Shown here piece by piece: positions 59,370-64,000 of a stretch of DNA of 64,000 nucleotides. A program made the translations under genes and the position numbers. The stretch is from Calditrichaceae bacterium. GTDB taxonomy: Bacteria; Calditrichota; Calditrichia; Calditrichales; JBFXGD01. Each line of letters opens with the position of its first letter. Position 1 is the stretch's first letter. The notes under the pieces were generated by a model that had not been told where the DNA came from, did not search any database, and was given only the letters and a program-made list of their open reading frames with translations. The stretch spans positions 96,001 to 160,000 of the forward strand of contig JBFXLE010000006.1 of assembly GCA_050173015.1 (NCBI GenBank), read 5' to 3'.

Positions 59370-59578
59370 TGTTTTGATGAAATATTCCATTCATTTCTTT
59401 CGGATATGACAATATTAACACTATGATTGCATCATTATAAAAAAAGAAGTAAATTCTAAATCGTTGCATCTGATGGGTTTAGGATTGTTTTGGTTTGTAA
59501 AATGCGCGGGAAATGATGCCGTGCTTAAGTAAAGGTTATAAAAATTCGTTTATTAAATCCTACTCTGGGGAGGTTGAG

Positions 59579-60703
59579 ATGAAAAAGCTCAGCTTAATTT
59601 TGCTGATATTCGTTTGTTTCGGTACCGTGTTTAGTCAACCACCTAATGGAAGCTACAGCTTAATTCACACCCAAAGCGCGAGAACGTTTGAAAAGGGTCG
59701 TCTCGAGCTTCACACAAATATGAACTTTTATACGAAACTGGCGGACTATATCGGTGATCCAAGTTTGCGGCCTGCAGATTTCAATTCATATAACTTGTGG
59801 GTAGCGGCCGGAAACATCGCGTTAACATATGGCGTGCTTGATCATTTTGACGTGACCATCGCCCCTCGAATTTATCAGGATACTCAGCAAAAAGATGAAT
59901 ACAATTTGCCGGATGATATTTTTGTAACTTTAAAGCTCGGCTCGTTTGCGTTCGGCGACAGAAAATTTTACGGAGCGTTTCTGGGGAATATGAGATTACC
60001 AACCGGTGATGTGCATAATTACCCATTTACCTCATACGCGAGCGGCGCTTATGAATTCGGATTAACAGGAGCGCTGTCTTATTACGCGGATGCGTATTTA
60101 CCTGAAAGAGCCTGGAATGTCCATCTGAATCTCGGATGGTGGAATCATAATGAAGCCGGAGAGGAATTAGCGAAGAATAAATTTGCTACTAAGAACTCGA
60201 CTGAAATTCAGTATGCTTTGGGTTTTGTTTATCCAACCAGTATTTTTGATTTCACTCTGGAATTGAACGGTATCAGTTATATTGATCAGCCTGACCCGTT
60301 TGTTTACGCGCGCGAAGATTGGATGTATATAACGCCAAGTTTACGTTATAAAGCGTTGTCCTGGCTTTCATTTGATCTTGGTGTCGATATTCGTGTAACA
60401 GGAGGTACCGAAGAATCCATCTATACCTTTGACAGAATTGATTTACCGAATTATACAAGCTGGCAGGTTCAGATGGGAGCAAACATTACCATATTACCTC
60501 TGGTTTCCGTAGGAAAGAGCTCGGTTCAGCTGGAAAAGGAAGAATTTAACAAGCGTGTAAAATTTTTCCAGAAAATCCTTGAAGACCGTCAGAGATCCGA
60601 TGAAGTTCAGGAAGAACTGGAAAAATTAAAAGCGGAGCGGGAAGCAGCTGAGCGGGAATTGGAAGAATTAAAACAAATTCTGCAGGAAGAAGGCAGTTAT
60701 TAA
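59579..60703 (+). CDS. Predicted outer-membrane beta-barrel protein with C-terminal coiled coil (paralogue 2)
   Basis: ATG 59579 with SD GGAGG; shares NMNFYT, YQDT, EYNLPDD, LKLGSFA, HNYPF, GWW.HNEAG, TPS.RYK, FDLGVDIR and VQMGAN with paralogue 1. Confidence 0.7.
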   Translation: MKKLSLILLIFVCFGTVFSQPPNGSYSLIHTQSARTFEKGRLELHTNMNFYTKLADYIGDPSLRPADFNSYNLWVAAGNIALTYGVLDHFDVTIAPRIYQDTQQKDEYNLPDDIFVTLKLGSFAFGDRKFYGAFLGNMRLPTGDVHNYPFTSYASGAYEFGLTGALSYYADAYLPERAWNVHLNLGWWNHNEAGEELAKNKFATKNSTEIQYALGFVYPTSIFDFTLELNGISYIDQPDPFVYAREDWMYITPSLRYKALSWLSFDLGVDIRVTGGTEESIYTFDRIDLPNYTSWQVQMGANITILPLVSVGKSSVQLEKEEFNKRVKFFQKILEDRQRSDEVQEELEKLKAEREAAERELEELKQILQEEGSY

Positions 60704-60706
60704 TAT

Positions 60707-60742
60707 AAAAATCCCCTGTCCTGGCAGGGGATTTTCATTTTT
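60707..60742 (+). terminator. Intrinsic terminator
   Basis: AAAATCCCCTG...CAGGGGATTTT followed by T-rich run. Confidence 0.82.
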
Positions 60743-60959
60743 TGTAATATATGTTCATTATCAGTCAGATTGTTTCGCCCCTATTATTGCTTCATGTCTA
60801 AGATTTGAATCATAAGTATAAACATTTGATAAGCGGCGGGAATATTTTCATTTTATATAAAGTGGATAGATATATTTGGCATATGGTGGAGCGGGCAATC
60901 TTGATTAAGGGATAAAAAAAAAGTAAATTCAAATCAGGTTAAATAAATATCCGAAGAGT

Positions 60960-62555
60960 ATGAAATCTAATAAACAAATCCAATTTCACACGCTGGACGC
61001 AAAACCGGCCGTAAATGTCTGCATATTCAGAAATCGGAAATATATTGATTTTAAGATCGAGGATAATGTATTTGATGTCATGGATCTTGAAAACAATACA
61101 GTTCTTGCCGGAATATCGAGCGACAGAGTGTGGCGCATTAAAATTAAAGAATCAAAGCCCGCCGTTTACAGCTATTTTCTGATTTTGGATGAGTCAACGG
61201 ATATGGACTCTATCCGGAAAAACTATGAAGCCTTCCAAAAGACGGTAAGCAATATTACAATTATTGATACCGGTGGAGATGTTTATCTTGGTGAGCGGTT
61301 TTTGACAACCAATAAAAAATATTTACTGCTGGCGGGTCCCTTCGAAGATGAGCGTACAGCCAGACACAATTCTAAGCTGTTTGGTCAGCTAAATCATTGC
61401 CGCCTCCACCGTCAGCAGGTTAAAGATGGTTCGGGTGTCCTCGAGATATTTGATTCGGAATATGAAATAAGCGCCGAAGTAAAAGATGGAATAAGGCTTG
61501 TTCCTCACGATCATTCCGCAATGATAGAGCTGGAACACTTTGAGATCCATAACCATAATAATGATAAACGTCAGCATGAACAATTATTTTATCCCGGAGA
61601 AATGACGATCAAAATTGATGAGAGCGAACTTCTCGCGGGAATGAGTAGCGTTTGTGTTGAAGATTATCTCAAGGGGGTAATTCATTCCGAAATCGGCGCC
61701 GGCGAGCCATTTGAATTTGTAAAAAGTATGGCTATTGTAGCGCGGAGTGAAGTGTTTGCGAGATTCGGTCAAAAACATATCGGGGAACTTTTTGATTTTT
61801 GCGGCGATGGACATTGTTTAAGGTATTTTGGCAAAAGATTCAATGATCCCGTTATTGATCGGGCAGTGAAGGAAACACGGGGACAAGTGCTTGGAGATAA
61901 CGGAAGAGTTTGCGACGCTCATTTTACTTATTCCTGCGGCGGGCATACCGAAAATGCCGCTGATGTCTGGTTGACGAGTACATCAAATTTTTCAATCGGG
62001 AAATATGACGGAAATTCAAATAAGAAAAATGAAGTAGATTTGACCAGGGAAGAAGAAGGACAAAAGTGGATTCTAAGAAGGCCTGACGTATATTGCAACC
62101 TGGTTTCGAATGAGCCTCCGGCGGCTTTGAAGGACGCTACGGAAACATTCCGGTGGGAAGTCTTCTATACCAGAAATGAATTGGAGCAAATCCTCGAAGA
62201 AAAAACCGGTGAGCAGCCCGGGATTATCTATGAGATTATACCCAAAAAACGAGGGGTTTCCGGCAGGTTAAAAGAAGTTGAGATTTTCGGAAGTCTAAAA
62301 AATATTACCATCAAAGGTGAACTGAACATTCGATCCGCGTTTTCGGATGGTTTGTTAAAAAGTTCGTGTTTTTTTGTAAAACCGGATGTTGATGATGACG
62401 GAGTTCCCATAAATTTTATGTTCATCGGGGCCGGTATGGGGCATGGTGTTGGGCTTTGCAAAGTGGGCGCCGCCATGATGGCGAAGGATAATAAATCAGC
62501 GGATGAGATTCTCCTTCATTATTTTGAAAAAAGTAAAATCATAAAAATTTATTAA
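60960..62555 (+). CDS. SpoIID/LytB domain protein (lytic transglycosylase family)
   Basis: VEDYLKGVIHSEI, KSMAIVARS, AVKETRG, CGGHTEN, RGVSGR, GAGMGHGVGLC, EILLHYF. Confidence 0.88.
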   Translation: MKSNKQIQFHTLDAKPAVNVCIFRNRKYIDFKIEDNVFDVMDLENNTVLAGISSDRVWRIKIKESKPAVYSYFLILDESTDMDSIRKNYEAFQKTVSNITIIDTGGDVYLGERFLTTNKKYLLLAGPFEDERTARHNSKLFGQLNHCRLHRQQVKDGSGVLEIFDSEYEISAEVKDGIRLVPHDHSAMIELEHFEIHNHNNDKRQHEQLFYPGEMTIKIDESELLAGMSSVCVEDYLKGVIHSEIGAGEPFEFVKSMAIVARSEVFARFGQKHIGELFDFCGDGHCLRYFGKRFNDPVIDRAVKETRGQVLGDNGRVCDAHFTYSCGGHTENAADVWLTSTSNFSIGKYDGNSNKKNEVDLTREEEGQKWILRRPDVYCNLVSNEPPAALKDATETFRWEVFYTRNELEQILEEKTGEQPGIIYEIIPKKRGVSGRLKEVEIFGSLKNITIKGELNIRSAFSDGLLKSSCFFVKPDVDDDGVPINFMFIGAGMGHGVGLCKVGAAMMAKDNKSADEILLHYFEKSKIIKIY

Positions 62556-62564
62556 GCAGGATCT

Positions 62565-63669
62565 ATGAATACAGAATTATTGGAAAAAGTAATTGATTTT
62601 AAAGACCGATTGAATAATTTGCGGAGTTATCTTTGACCTCGATAAAAAAGACGCGGAGTTAAAGGAGTTAGAGAAAAAAACACTGGCGGATGATTTCTGG
62701 CAGGATAATGAACTTGCGCAGACGGTTTTCAAAGAAATAAATCAGAAAAAAGAGTGGGTCGATAAGTGGAATGCATGCAAGGCTCAATTCGATGATATTG
62801 AAATTTTAATCGAACTGCAAAAAGAAGAGAATGACGATTCAATCGACGATGAGTTGATCAGCCAGGTAGATAAATTAGAAAATAATCTAAATGACCTGGA
62901 ATTCCGTCGCATGCTTGGCGGGATTAATGATCCTAAAAACGCCATTCTCACGATTCATCCGGGCGCGGGCGGGACAGAAAGCCAGGATTGGGCTGAAATG
63001 CTCATGAGAATGTATCTGCGTTACGCCGAAAGAAAGGGATTTCAATCGGAGGTTCTTGATTACCAGGCGGGTGACGAAGCCGGATTAAAGAGCGCGACTA
63101 TTGAAATAAAAGGTGAATACAGCTATGGATATCTGCGAGCAGAGGCAGGAGTTCACCGCCTTGTCAGGATTTCACCATTTGATGCAAACAGCAGAAGACA
63201 TACTTCATTCGCGTCCGTATTTGTCCTTCCGGAAATAGATGTAGATATAGATGTAGATATTAATCCGGTAGACTTAAGAATTGACACTTACAGAGCCAGC
63301 GGGGCGGGCGGTCAGCACGTAAATAAAACTGATTCTGCTATCCGAATCACACATATCCCAAGCGGCATTGTCGTTCAGTGTCAGAATGAAAGATCACAAC
63401 ATAAGAATAAAGCAAACGCGATGAAAATTCTTGCTTCCAGGTTATATCAAAAGAAACTGGAAGAGCAGCGCGAAAAAATGAAGGAATACGAGAATACCAA
63501 AAGAGATATTGCCTGGGGCAGTCAGATTCGTTCGTATGTCTTTCATCCATACAACATGGTCAAGGATCATCGTACTAACGTTGAAACCAGTAATACGCAG
63601 AGTGTCATGGATGGAGATCTGGACCAATTTGTCGAAAAATATCTGATCGATTTTGGAACAAGTGATTGA
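62565..63669 (+). CDS. prfB: Peptide chain release factor 2 with programmed +1 frameshift
   Basis: ATG 62565 in frame to CTT TGA C (62631-62637) preceded by SD-like GGAG; the +1 frame joins ORF 62854..63669 with SPF, GGQ and WGSQIRSYV. Confidence 0.97.
62622..62637 (+). promoter_or_regulatory. RF2 autoregulatory frameshift cassette
   Basis: CGGAGT TAT CTT TGA C. Confidence 0.92.
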
Positions 63670-63700
63670 GAATCATATAAGGGAATAGAAGGAGTTCGTT

Positions 63701-64000
63701 TTGGAAGACTTTAATCAGCTGATACAAATAAGGAAAGAAAAGCTTGAAAAAATACGTGAAATGGGAGTCAACCCATATCCGCATAAATTTGATCAAACGC
63801 ACCTCTCGGCAGATGTTATAGCCGATTTTGATAATCTTAATGAACAGGTTGTCTCGGTCGCGGGAAGAATCATGTCTGTCAGACTTATGGGTAAGGCTTC
63901 ATTCTGCCACATTCAGGACAGCAAGGGCCGCATACAGGTATATCTTCGTTCCGATCAGATTGGCGAGAAAATGTTTGAGCTTTTTAAAATTTTGGATATC
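63701..64000 (+). CDS. lysS: Lysine--tRNA ligase class II, 5' part (runs off window edge)
   Basis: Not in ORF track. TTG 63701 after SD AAGGAG: EDFNQLIQIRKEKLEKIREMGVNPYP...VAGRIMSVRLMGKASFCHIQD..GRIQVY; classic prfB-lysS order. Confidence 0.95.
   Translation, partial: MEDFNQLIQIRKEKLEKIREMGVNPYPHKFDQTHLSADVIADFDNLNEQVVSVAGRIMSVRLMGKASFCHIQDSKGRIQVYLRSDQIGEKMFELFKILDI

Noticed and set aside
63234-63259. ATAGATGTAGAT tandem duplication in prfB
   Set aside because: Encodes IDVDIDVDI in a normally acidic/aliphatic RF2 linker; in frame and unremarkable.

Overview
Gene-dense bacterial chromosomal window with no integrase, transposase, CRISPR array or rRNA visible. Gene content (lpxK, PorU/PorV homologues, FlgD-Ig-type C-terminal sorting domains, clear Shine-Dalgarno use) suggests a non-Bacteroidota FCB-group diderm such as Calditrichota; this is inference. 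Housekeeping blocks are trmH'-clc-hisS, comEC-rnhB-aroK-aroB-phnP-like-aroQ-flippase-GH57-lpxK, tRNA-fMet/tRNA-Met-tilS-hpt-ftsH-TPR-folP-cdaA, and prfB (programmed +1 frameshift)-lysS'. Between them lies an envelope/secretion complement: three large cargo proteins with a T9SS-like C-terminal domain, a porU-porV operon extended by an FN3 lipoprotein, an SLBB protein and two paralogous beta-barrel/coiled-coil proteins, and a giant surface protein-FecR/Ig-beta-barrel operon. Other leads are a divergent EIIA/EIIA-PII-like-Ser/Thr kinase signalling cluster, an XRE/DUF2851 pair, a frameshift at an A9 run in the phnP-like gene, a GGA-repeat (CsrA-type) leader, and a structured leader with a perfect SD and mini-uORFs before the S8 protease. 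All family calls come from motif recognition by eye, not database searches.
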